From assembly GCA_050012555.1 (NCBI GenBank), contig JBEKGY010000018.1, positions 2,475 to 66,474 on the forward strand: a DNA stretch of 64,000 nucleotides. The letters run 5' to 3'. Positions 31,149-40,272 of the stretch are shown piece after piece. Under the pieces are notes generated by a model. That model was not told the DNA's origin. It worked only from the letters and a program-made list of their open reading frames with translations, and did no database searches. Numbering within the stretch: the first letter of the stretch is position 1; each line of letters starts with the position of its first letter. Source of the DNA: Terracidiphilus sp. (lineage in GTDB: Bacteria > Acidobacteriota > Terriglobia > Terriglobales > Acidobacteriaceae). The translations under genes were made by a program, and so were the position numbers.

Positions 31149-34100
31149 ATGGCACACAAACTGAGCCTCGGTCTGCCGCTCGCAATTTTTCTCCTGGCCA
31201 GCCCCGGAGTATTCAGCCCAGGAGCGGCCGTGGCCCAGGCCTCTGCCCCGGCTTACCACCCCACGGACGTGGACCTGTCCGCGGGGACCCCGGATTCTCA
31301 CCCCACGGACAAAGACCTGTCCGTGGGGGCCCCGGATTCCCGTCTGGCCGGTGATTGGCGCAGTTCCGATGCGGTGGCGATTCCCGCATCCGAACCGCCG
31401 AACAATCTAGGTGCGCAGGGCCCTGCGCCCGCCGGCATGAAGTTGGGGCGGATGCTGTTACTGCTCGTGCCCTCGGCGGCCCAGAAGCAGGCGCTGACCG
31501 CGGAGCTTGGGAACCTGCAGAATCCGGCTTCGCCTCAATATCATCAATGGCTCACGCCAGCGGCCTTCGCCGCAACTTACTCGAACTCCGCCGCGGATGT
31601 TGCCGCGGTTTCTGCCTGGTTAGAGAGCCAGGGCTTCCAGGTCGCTCCCTTGCCCGCCAGCCGTGGCTGGATCGAGTTCTCCGGAACGGTTGCCCAGGTC
31701 GAGCAGGCCTTCCACACTCAAATCGACTCTGTCGTCACGGGGGGCGAAATGCGTGCCGCGCTGGCTCAAGGGATTTCAGTCCCCTCCGCGCTCGCGCCCC
31801 TGGTGCAGGGACTGGTCTCCCTCGATGGAGCCCTTTCCACGCCCGCTTTGACCGCGCCGCGGCCCGTCGCCGTCTCCGCGGCCGAGCTGGCGGCGGAGAC
31901 CTCGCTGAACCACGCTGAGGCCCTGACCCCCCAATTGGCCGCGCAGCTTCTTCATCTTGACGCGCTGCAGGCCGCCGGCGTCGGCGGCGCAGGCGAATCG
32001 ATCGCCATTGCGGCACGCAGTAACGTGAACAGCCAGGACGTTGCCGCCTTCCGCGCGGCCTTCGGTATCCATGGCGGCCCCGCGACCCCGCTCACAGTCA
32101 CTCCGAACGGCCCCGATCCTGGAAATACAAGCGACCAGGCCGAGGCCACTCTGGCAGTTTCCTGGGCCGGCGCTGCCGCTCCCAGCGCACGAATCGTGCT
32201 GATTCCAGCGGCTACCACCTCCGCCACCGACGGATTGGACCTGTCGCTGGCGGCCATCGTCGATCAGGCTCTGGCGCACGCCGTAGCCGTGGGCTACTCG
32301 AACTGCGAGGCGGCTCTGAGCCAGGCGCACCAGGCCTTCTATTCCGCGCTCTACCGGCAGGCGGCCGCGGAGGGCATAGCGGTGATTGCCGCCGTTGGCG
32401 ACAGTGGCCCCTCGGCTTGCCATTTGGCGGGCAGCGACGCTCCGGTGAGCAGCGGTTATGGCGTCAACGCGCTGGCCTCCACGCCCTGGAACACAGCAGT
32501 GGGCGTTGCGGCCTTTGGCCCGGCAGGTCCGGCGGCTGGTAACTCCGCTCTGGCGGCATGGTCTCCGGCAAGCGCGACCGATCCGGCCTATGCCGGCGGA
32601 GGCGGCAGCAGCACGCTCTATGCCGCGCCTATTTGGCAGCCGATACCGGCAGAATCCCAACAGGGAACAGCCGGAACCGGAAACCATAACCGGCTCTTAC
32701 CGGACCTGGCCCTGCCCACAGCCATCGATACAAGCGTGAATCCAGGCCTGGCCTTCTGCCTCAGCGCTTCCACTGCTTCCAGCGGATGCACCCTGGTGCG
32801 CAGCGGAGGCAGTTCCGCCGCCACGGCCATCTTTGCCGGTGTTGCGGCCCTGTTGGCTGAAAAGTACGGCGCGCAGGGCAACCTAGCGCCCAATCTGTAT
32901 GCACTCAGCCGGCAAAGCGGCATCTTCGAAGACGTGCAGAAGGGCAGCGCGCAACTCAAGTGCGTCGCAGGCAGCCCCGGCTGCGGCGCTACGGAACAGA
33001 TCGGCTTTACCGCCGGCCCCGGCTACGACCTGGCCACCGGACTGGGTTCGATCAACGCCCAGACGCTGGTGAACCACTGGGCTACTCCCGAGGTGACGGG
33101 CGCCGCGGTCACCGTGAGCATCGAGATTGCGCCTACAGAACACAACGCGACCTACAACCCCTCGGCCGAGATTACGCTGTCGTCCACTGTGACCCCGGTG
33201 GCTGCCGGCGCCACGCCCACCGGCACCATTACTTATTACAATACGGTCGCCGCCTCAGCGCTTTCCTCGGCGTCCACGGTAACGCTCAGCCCCACCGGGA
33301 CCGCGTCGTGGACCTTCAACCTCGACAGCGTTTTTACTTCTACAGGCACCTACAGTATCGGAGCTTCGTACTACAATTCGTCAGGCACCTACGCATCCAC
33401 CAACTCAGAGCCGTTAATGATCACAACTGGGCCAAGCTCCACCGTCCTCACGGTTACGCCTTCCAACCTCACTCCGACGGTCGGCACAACCATTACGGTG
33501 ACTGTCACCTTCGGGGTTTCGACGGCCAACGGTCCCCCTGCAGGCAGTGTCGCGCCCACAGGTTCCGTGACGCTGAATATCAATGGGACGCCCACCTATA
33601 CTTCGCCGGTGACGACCGTAAACGGCGTCACAACCGCGACCTTCTCGGTGCCGGTTTCCGCCACCACACATACGCTGCAGGCTGTATACGCGGGCGATGC
33701 GAATTACACCGGGGCCAATGGCCAGGTGAACATTACCGTGGTCACCACGCTGCCCGATACCGTGGTCCTCACCTCGAACTTCTCTCCTGTCCCTCCAGGA
33801 GCGGCGGTGATCCTCACTGCGACGGTGACGCCGAATACACCGCCAGCCGCGGGCGCGGAGCAGAATCCCTCCGGCAACGTCATCTTCTACGACGGAACCA
33901 CCGTGATCGGGGAGGCTGCGCTGGTTCCAATACCGATGAGCGACTCCTCCACGGCGTCCATTACCACGCAAACGCTGCCGGGCGGCTCCGACATGCTCTC
34001 AGCTGTTTATCTGGGAGACTCTTCCTACGACACCGAAACCTCGAATATTCTCACCCTCGCTGTTGAGAACTTCACCATCACCCCGTCGCCTTCGAACCCT

Positions 34101-34631
34101 CCCACCAATCTCGACATCGTGCAGGGCGCGTCGGGCACCGCATCGTTTATCGTCACCGGCCTGGGCGGGTTCGACAATGAGATTCAGGTGGTGTGCGCCG
34201 TGCCTACCCAGGACGACATGACCTGCACCGCAACTCCGCAACAGATTGTCCCCCCCGGCACGGTCACCTTCCTCATACAGACCTTCACCACGGGAGGACC
34301 CTCGGCATCCGCCGGCCATCGCGAGCCAATCTGGCCGCGCGCGGCAGGCGGCACGGCGCTGGCCGGGTTGGGATTCTTCCTGCTGCCGTTCGGGCGACGG
34401 GCGCGCATCTTTGCACGCCGTTCCACGCGGCGCTTCCTTGTACTGCTCCTGCTGCTGGTGGGTCTGGGCGGCGCGGGCATCGGCTGCAACAGCGTCAGCG
34501 GAACCGTTCCCCCCTCCTCCGGCACTCCTCTGGGCGTGGCCACACTCAAGATCACCGCTGCCGCCTACGTGGACAACACCGTTGTCAGCCAGAGCGTGTA
34601 CCTAACGGTCAATGTGCTGGCCGCGCCCTAA
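31149..34631 (+). CDS. S53 sedolisin-like protein with pro-domain, Ig-like repeats and C-terminal membrane tail (catalytic Asp apparently lost)
   Basis: NPASPQYHQWLTP pro-domain, GDSG, LPDLA, GYDLATGLGS, YAGDANY/YLGDSSY Ig motifs. Confidence 0.88.
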   Translation: MAHKLSLGLPLAIFLLASPGVFSPGAAVAQASAPAYHPTDVDLSAGTPDSHPTDKDLSVGAPDSRLAGDWRSSDAVAIPASEPPNNLGAQGPAPAGMKLGRMLLLLVPSAAQKQALTAELGNLQNPASPQYHQWLTPAAFAATYSNSAADVAAVSAWLESQGFQVAPLPASRGWIEFSGTVAQVEQAFHTQIDSVVTGGEMRAALAQGISVPSALAPLVQGLVSLDGALSTPALTAPRPVAVSAAELAAETSLNHAEALTPQLAAQLLHLDALQAAGVGGAGESIAIAARSNVNSQDVAAFRAAFGIHGGPATPLTVTPNGPDPGNTSDQAEATLAVSWAGAAAPSARIVLIPAATTSATDGLDLSLAAIVDQALAHAVAVGYSNCEAALSQAHQAFYSALYRQAAAEGIAVIAAVGDSGPSACHLAGSDAPVSSGYGVNALASTPWNTAVGVAAFGPAGPAAGNSALAAWSPASATDPAYAGGGGSSTLYAAPIWQPIPAESQQGTAGTGNHNRLLPDLALPTAIDTSVNPGLAFCLSASTASSGCTLVRSGGSSAATAIFAGVAALLAEKYGAQGNLAPNLYALSRQSGIFEDVQKGSAQLKCVAGSPGCGATEQIGFTAGPGYDLATGLGSINAQTLVNHWATPEVTGAAVTVSIEIAPTEHNATYNPSAEITLSSTVTPVAAGATPTGTITYYNTVAASALSSASTVTLSPTGTASWTFNLDSVFTSTGTYSIGASYYNSSGTYASTNSEPLMITTGPSSTVLTVTPSNLTPTVGTTITVTVTFGVSTANGPPAGSVAPTGSVTLNINGTPTYTSPVTTVNGVTTATFSVPVSATTHTLQAVYAGDANYTGANGQVNITVVTTLPDTVVLTSNFSPVPPGAAVILTATVTPNTPPAAGAEQNPSGNVIFYDGTTVIGEAALVPIPMSDSSTASITTQTLPGGSDMLSAVYLGDSSYDTETSNILTLAVENFTITPSPSNPPTNLDIVQGASGTASFIVTGLGGFDNEIQVVCAVPTQDDMTCTATPQQIVPPGTVTFLIQTFTTGGPSASAGHREPIWPRAAGGTALAGLGFFLLPFGRRARIFARRSTRRFLVLLLLLVGLGGAGIGCNSVSGTVPPSSGTPLGVATLKITAAAYVDNTVVSQSVYLTVNVLAAP
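31257..31340 (+). repeat. Two tandem in-frame 42-bp palindromic elements
   Basis: CACCCCACGGAC-N8-GTCCGYGGGG..CCCGGATTCY twice, encoding HPTDVDLSAGTPDS and HPTDKDLSVGAPDS. Confidence 0.9.
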
Positions 34632-34692
34632 CCGCGGCTCCCACTCCGAACGTGGTAGGCTGGCCTTTCGCATTCAAGGAGCCCTATTCTTC

Positions 34693-36159
34693 ATGCATTC
34701 CACCCAACCTTTGCACTTCAATCTCGTCGCCGCGGCCCACGCAGCCATGATCGAGCACGGTTTTCAGCCGGATTTTCCCGCCGGAACCGATACCGAACTA
34801 GCCGCCATTCAGGCCCATCCAGATGCGCCCGCCGTTCCCGGCATTCAGGACCTCAGCAATCTGCTTTGGTCCTCCATCGACAACGACACGTCCCGAGATT
34901 TAGATCAGATCGAGTGGGCCGAGCAGTTGCCCGACGGCCGCATCCGCATGCTCATCGGCGTGGCCGACGTAGACGCGCGCGTCACCAAGGGCTCGGTGAT
35001 CGATGCCCACGCCAGCAGCGAGACGACTTCGGTGTATACGGGCGTCAAGGTCTTTCCCATGCTGCCCACAGTACTCTCTGAGGGCATTACCTCGCTGAAT
35101 GAGAATCAAAACCGTGTGGCGCTGGTGATCGAATTTGCCGTGGATCAGGCGGGCACTGCATCCGATGGAAAGGCTTATCGGGCACTGGTGCGCAACCGGG
35201 CTCAGCTGGCCTACAACGGCGTTGGCGCTTGGTTGGAAGGTACTGGTCCGGCGCCTGCCAAGGTAGCCGCCAGCGCCGATCTGGCCGCGCAACTCAAACT
35301 CCAGGACGCGGCGGCCCAGCGTATGGTGGGTGGCCGCTTCCAGCATGGAGCGTTGGACCTTGAGACCATCGAGACCCGGCCCGTGATGCTGGCCGATCAG
35401 GCGGTCGATATCGCGCGCCTGGAAAAGAATCGCGCCACATCGCTCATCGAGGAGTTCATGGTGGCGGCCAACGGCGTCATCGCCAGGACTTTCGAGCAGG
35501 CCGGCGTGGCCTCCATCCGCCGCATCGTGCGCACGCCCAAGCGCTGGGACCGCATCGTCGAGCTGGCCCAGGGCCTGGGTACGACCCTGCCCGCCGAGCC
35601 GGACTCGAAGGCCCTCAACGACTTCCTGCTGGCCCAGAAGCAGAAGGATCCCGACCACTTTCCCGACCTTTCGCTGGCCGTGGTCAAACTCATGGGCCCC
35701 GGCGAGTACGTGCTGGTCAAGCCCAACGAGGTTTCGCCGGGCCACTTCGGCCTGGCCGTGCAGGATTACACCCACTCCACCGCACCCAACCGCCGCTTTC
35801 CCGACGTGGTGACGCAGCGGCTCATGAAAGCGTTTCTTGCTCATGGGCCGCAGCCCTACTCTGAAGATCAGCTCAATGCCATTGCCGTCCGTTGCACCTT
35901 AATGGAGGACGGCGCCCGCAAGGTCGAGCGGGAGATGCAGAAGCGCATTGCCGCCGTAGTACTGCGCCCCCGCATCGGCCAGAGCTTCCCCGCCATCGTC
36001 ACCGGTGTGAATAATTACGGCACCTTCGTCCGCACCCTCGATCCGCACGTGGATGGAATGCTTGTCCAGGGCGGCAAAGGACTGGACGTAGGCGACAAGG
36101 TGACGGTCAAGCTGATCTCCACCGATCCCCAGCGCGGGTATATTGATTTCGCTGCGTGA
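34693..36159 (+). CDS. RNB-domain exoribonuclease (RNase II/R family, short form)
   Basis: SIDNDTSRDLDQ, LIEEFMVAAN, HFGLAVQDYTHSTAPNRRFPD, C-terminal S1; AAGGAG RBS. Confidence 0.92.
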   Translation: MHSTQPLHFNLVAAAHAAMIEHGFQPDFPAGTDTELAAIQAHPDAPAVPGIQDLSNLLWSSIDNDTSRDLDQIEWAEQLPDGRIRMLIGVADVDARVTKGSVIDAHASSETTSVYTGVKVFPMLPTVLSEGITSLNENQNRVALVIEFAVDQAGTASDGKAYRALVRNRAQLAYNGVGAWLEGTGPAPAKVAASADLAAQLKLQDAAAQRMVGGRFQHGALDLETIETRPVMLADQAVDIARLEKNRATSLIEEFMVAANGVIARTFEQAGVASIRRIVRTPKRWDRIVELAQGLGTTLPAEPDSKALNDFLLAQKQKDPDHFPDLSLAVVKLMGPGEYVLVKPNEVSPGHFGLAVQDYTHSTAPNRRFPDVVTQRLMKAFLAHGPQPYSEDQLNAIAVRCTLMEDGARKVEREMQKRIAAVVLRPRIGQSFPAIVTGVNNYGTFVRTLDPHVDGMLVQGGKGLDVGDKVTVKLISTDPQRGYIDFAA

Positions 36160-36369
36160 GCAGAGGGGGCTTTACGGGATTTCTCCGTGCCCCAGATCTG
36201 TGCAAGTGCGTCTTAAACGAGAACTGTGTAAACGCGATGATCGTTGCCCCGCAGCGGGTTGGCCGGCAATATGTGGGCAGGAATGATTTATTCTTAAGAT
36301 AGCCGCAGGTTCGATTCACACTTTCAGGCGAACCGGTTGGCGGGAGTCGACTCCACAACTGGTGAATGG

Positions 36370-37359
36370 ATGCGTTTAAGTTCCGGCCTTATCTCAGCAA
36401 CACTTTTTACTGGCATTGCCCTGTTTGGGTTGTTCCCTCATCTTTTTTCGCAGGAACCAGGCTCCGGCCAGATCATTGCCCCCTCCTCAGAGCTTCCTGA
36501 GGCCCCCCAGTCGCAATTCGAGGTTGCCTCGACCGTCTCCCAAGCCCAGCAGACCCCAGCCACACAAAGCCAGACCACCCAGCAGCCGGCTCCGAGTTCC
36601 ACCCCTGCACAGGGCGCCACCCCGGACCAAACTCCCGCCGCTCAGGGCAGCTCCAGCTCTCAAGCGCCCCCTCAGCAGCCTGGCGCGGAAAAAAGCAAGC
36701 ACGACCTGGCCGAAGAGCAATTGAAGCAACAGGAGCATCAGCGAGTGGCGGGCATCATGGCCACCTTCAACACTACCCGGAACCAGAACGCGATTCCTCT
36801 CTCTCCGGGACAGAAATACCAGCTCTTCTTCAAGAGCGCCACCGATCCGTGGCCCTTTGGCCTGGCAGCCGTGGTTGCCGGCATCGGCCAGGCCGACGAC
36901 AACCCCTCGGCCTGGGGGCAGGGCATGGGAGGATACGCCAAGCGATTTGGCGGCGCATACTCCGATTACTTTATCGGCAATTTCTTCGGCAATGCGGTGT
37001 TGCCCTCCATGTGGCATGAAGATCCTCGCTACTTCCAGAAAGGCACGGGCTCTGCTGCGAACCGCTTTCTTTGGGCGGCCGGGAGTACGGTATGGTGCAA
37101 GCGGGACAATGGTGGATGGGGGCCGAACTGGGCCAACGTAATTGGCAACCTGATTGGCACTGCCATTGCCAGGGTGTACTACCCTCCTTCAGAACGAACT
37201 GTCTCAGACACCATCATGGATGGATTGACCGTCTCTGCCGAAGGGATCGTGGGCGCAGAACTCATCGAGTTCTGGCCGGATGCGGTGCGCCACCACAGGC
37301 GTAAGCAAGCCGAAAAAGCAGCCCGGCTCGCCGCGAAGGCCGATGCTTCCCCTCACTAG
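36370..37359 (+). CDS. Exported hypothetical protein, paralog 1
   Basis: Signal peptide, LPEAP plus Q/P linker, YAKRFGG...HEDPRYF...NVIGN core. Confidence 0.8.
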   Translation: MRLSSGLISATLFTGIALFGLFPHLFSQEPGSGQIIAPSSELPEAPQSQFEVASTVSQAQQTPATQSQTTQQPAPSSTPAQGATPDQTPAAQGSSSSQAPPQQPGAEKSKHDLAEEQLKQQEHQRVAGIMATFNTTRNQNAIPLSPGQKYQLFFKSATDPWPFGLAAVVAGIGQADDNPSAWGQGMGGYAKRFGGAYSDYFIGNFFGNAVLPSMWHEDPRYFQKGTGSAANRFLWAAGSTVWCKRDNGGWGPNWANVIGNLIGTAIARVYYPPSERTVSDTIMDGLTVSAEGIVGAELIEFWPDAVRHHRRKQAEKAARLAAKADASPH

Positions 37360-37557
37360 AGGATCGGCGAGTTTTCACCCAAGACGATGTTCGGAAGGAG
37401 CTACCTAAAGTTCTGGCCGCAGGACTCTCATGACTTCACAATCAGTCCGTCTTTAAAAGGCTCGATGCGCTAAACTACTACCAACTCATCTGGCACAAGT
37501 AGGTCGGCAGACCGGACCGTCCTGAAGGTGGGTCGCGACTCCACAACTGGTGAATGG

Positions 37558-38568
37558 ATGCGTTTAGGTTCTCGTCTTATCCCCGCAGTGTTTTTTCCCG
37601 GCATTGCCCTGCTGGTGTTGCCCTCCCATCTTTTTTCGCAGGAATCAGGCGCCGGTCCGGTTGTAGCCGCCGCCGCCCAGCTCCCCGACGCGCCCCGGCC
37701 GCAGTTCGAGATCGCTTCAGCCGAGCCTCTTGACCAGCAGCACGCCGCCGGACAGGTCCAGAGCACGCAACAGCCGGTCCCAGCAGCCCCTCCGGCCCAA
37801 CGCCCCGCCGCCCAGGGTAGTTCCAGCTCTCAAACCCCCACTCAACAACCCGGTGCCGAGAAAAGCCAGCACGAAAAGGCCGACGAGCAGATCAAGGAGG
37901 AGGAAAAACAGCGCATCGTGGGAGTTGTGCCCGCCTTCAACGTCTCCTATCGCAGCGATGCCGTCTCCATGAGCCCCGGCCAGAAGATGGGCTTGGCCTT
38001 TCGTTCCTCGATCGATCCTGTAACCTTTGCCGCGGGTTTTTTGGTGGCCGGTTACCACGAAGCTCTGAACCAAGATACCGGATTCGGATGGGGCCTCGAA
38101 GGCTATGGAAAGCGCTCCGGAGCGGCCTACCTCGATGCATTCAACGGCACCATGATCGGCAACGGCATCCTGCCTATTCTCTTCCGTCAGGACCCCCGCT
38201 ACTTCCGGCTGGGCCATGGGACTACGCGTCACCGGCTGCTCTATTCTCTGGCCACCAATGTTATCTGCAAGCACGACAACACCGGCAAGTGGGAGCCCAA
38301 CTACTCCAACGTGTTGGGCAACATCGCCGCGGGCGGTATCTCCAATCTTTACTATCCCTCCAGCAACTCCGGCATCGGCCAGACCTTCGGCAACGGATTC
38401 ATCGTGACCGCCGAGGGCGGTCTGGGCTCCCTTTTCAATGAGTTCTGGCCGGATATCTCTCGGAAGATCCTTCACCGGGATCCGACCCACGGCCTTGATG
38501 CCCAGGCTCGCGCGGCAGACAAGAATCAAAATGGATCCGAAGGGCAACCCCTGCCGCGCCAGAGATAG
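37558..38568 (+). CDS. Exported hypothetical protein, paralog 2
   Basis: Same layout: LPDAP, YGKRSGA...RQDPRYF...NVLGN...EFWPD. Confidence 0.8.
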   Translation: MRLGSRLIPAVFFPGIALLVLPSHLFSQESGAGPVVAAAAQLPDAPRPQFEIASAEPLDQQHAAGQVQSTQQPVPAAPPAQRPAAQGSSSSQTPTQQPGAEKSQHEKADEQIKEEEKQRIVGVVPAFNVSYRSDAVSMSPGQKMGLAFRSSIDPVTFAAGFLVAGYHEALNQDTGFGWGLEGYGKRSGAAYLDAFNGTMIGNGILPILFRQDPRYFRLGHGTTRHRLLYSLATNVICKHDNTGKWEPNYSNVLGNIAAGGISNLYYPSSNSGIGQTFGNGFIVTAEGGLGSLFNEFWPDISRKILHRDPTHGLDAQARAADKNQNGSEGQPLPRQR

Positions 38569-38731
38569 GTCATTTGATCCCAACTCACGAGTCTGCTGCC
38601 CCGCTCCGGCTCTACAACGGTCAAGACTTTCCATCCGCGGCATACGATGCCTCGAAGCGAGATACTTCTTGATTTCCTGCTCTCAACGCCGGGAGCCATT
38701 TTCCACCGCGGATGGGTCCGGCAATTGGGTT

Positions 38732-39982
38732 CTAGCAATTCTTCGCCTTCGTGGGGCTGGCTTCCCTCTTGGTAGCGCGCTTGCCGGCGCGAATTTTCAG
38801 CGTATTCAGCACGGCGAGATTCTTCTCGATCAGAGCGTAACGCTGTTCCGCGCAGGCGTGGGTGCGCCACGGATCGGCGGGCGTGTTCATCACATAGTCC
38901 AGCAGCCGGCTGACGGTGCTGGTGGCAACGTGCAGCCGCGTGTCCGATGAGGCGTAGTAAATAAAGACATCGCCGTTCTTGCGCTCGATCCAGCCATTGC
39001 TGAAGACCACGTTGGAGACATCTCCGACGCGCTCTTCGCCCTGGGGAGCGATGAAATAGCCCGCCGGCTTGTGGGTGACGACCCACGGCCGCTCCAGTTC
39101 GGTGAGAAAGAGATAGAGCACGTAGCGCAGACCAGCGGCCGTATTGCGCACCCCATGCGCCATGTGCAGCCAGCCTTTTGGGGTCTTGATAGGCGCGGGA
39201 CCCTGGCCGTTCTTGACCTCCTGGATGGTGTGGTATCTGCGGCTGTCGACGATGACTTCATGATCGACCACGGCTTTTTCAATGCTGGACGAAAGTCCCC
39301 AGCCGATGCCGCCGCCCTTGCCGGTCTGAATGAAGCTATCCTGCGGCCGGGTGTAGAAGGCGTACTTGCCGTCGACAAACTCGGGGTGCAGCACCACATT
39401 GCGCTGCTGGGCAGACCTGGATTTGAGGTCGGCCAGGCGCTCCCACGTCTTCAGATTCCTGGTGCGGGCAATGCCGCATTGCGCAACGGCCGAAGAGGTA
39501 TCCCACTCCGGCGCCTCCGGGTTCTTGCGTTCGGTGCAGAAGAGACCGTAAATCCATCCGTCTTCGTGTTTGACCAGGCGTATATCGTAGACGTTGGTGT
39601 CTGGATTATCCGTCTCGGGCATGAGGATGGGATAGTCCCAAAAGCGAAAGTTATCGATACCATTGGGGCTCTCGGCGACGGCGAAGAACGACTTGATGTC
39701 TGCGCCCTCAACACGCGCGACCACCAGATATTTTCCCTCGTGGAAGATCGCGCCGGCGTTAAAGGTAGTGTTGATGAACATGCGCTCCATCAAATATGGA
39801 TTCGTCCTGGGGTCGAAGTCGTAGCGCCATATCAGAGGCGTGTGCGCGGCGGTAAGGACCGGATACTCATAACGGTCATAAATGCCATTGCCGCCCGCCG
39901 CCTTGCGGTTGCGGCGCACAAGCAGTTTCTCCTGCTGCTTGAATAGGTCCTGAAAGCTCTTTTTGAATGCTGCCTTATTCAT
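38732..39982 (-). CDS. GH130 4-O-beta-D-mannosyl-D-glucose phosphorylase-like
   Basis: [50 protein letters not shown]. Confidence 0.9.
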   Translation of the reverse strand: MNKAAFKKSFQDLFKQQEKLLVRRNRKAAGGNGIYDRYEYPVLTAAHTPLIWRYDFDPRTNPYLMERMFINTTFNAGAIFHEGKYLVVARVEGADIKSFFAVAESPNGIDNFRFWDYPILMPETDNPDTNVYDIRLVKHEDGWIYGLFCTERKNPEAPEWDTSSAVAQCGIARTRNLKTWERLADLKSRSAQQRNVVLHPEFVDGKYAFYTRPQDSFIQTGKGGGIGWGLSSSIEKAVVDHEVIVDSRRYHTIQEVKNGQGPAPIKTPKGWLHMAHGVRNTAAGLRYVLYLFLTELERPWVVTHKPAGYFIAPQGEERVGDVSNVVFSNGWIERKNGDVFIYYASSDTRLHVATSTVSRLLDYVMNTPADPWRTHACAEQRYALIEKNLAVLNTLKIRAGKRATKREASPTKAKNC

Positions 39983-40272
39983 CTGTTTTCTCCGGCCCTT
40001 TCAGCCTTTCATGCTTTGTGCTTCAGTGAGGTTCGCGGCGCGATCTCAGCCTGCCACAATTCGATAGGACGGTGGCTCAAGACGGCGACATAACGCTGCC
40101 CGCTTGCCAGGCAGCATAACTCCTCTTTTAGGGAAGCAGAGGCTATTGTAAACCACTCCGCGAAGGGCGGGAAATCAACGCTGTATACTGGCACGACGCG
40201 AATTTTCGCCGTCACTGGTCGCCGAGGCGGCGAGTAATCATCCGATGTCCGCTGCCGGCCTTGAGGGTTCAT

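Noticed and set aside
31257-31340. Possible mini CRISPR array
   Set aside because: Two abutting units with no unique spacers, in frame within a gene, and no cas genes
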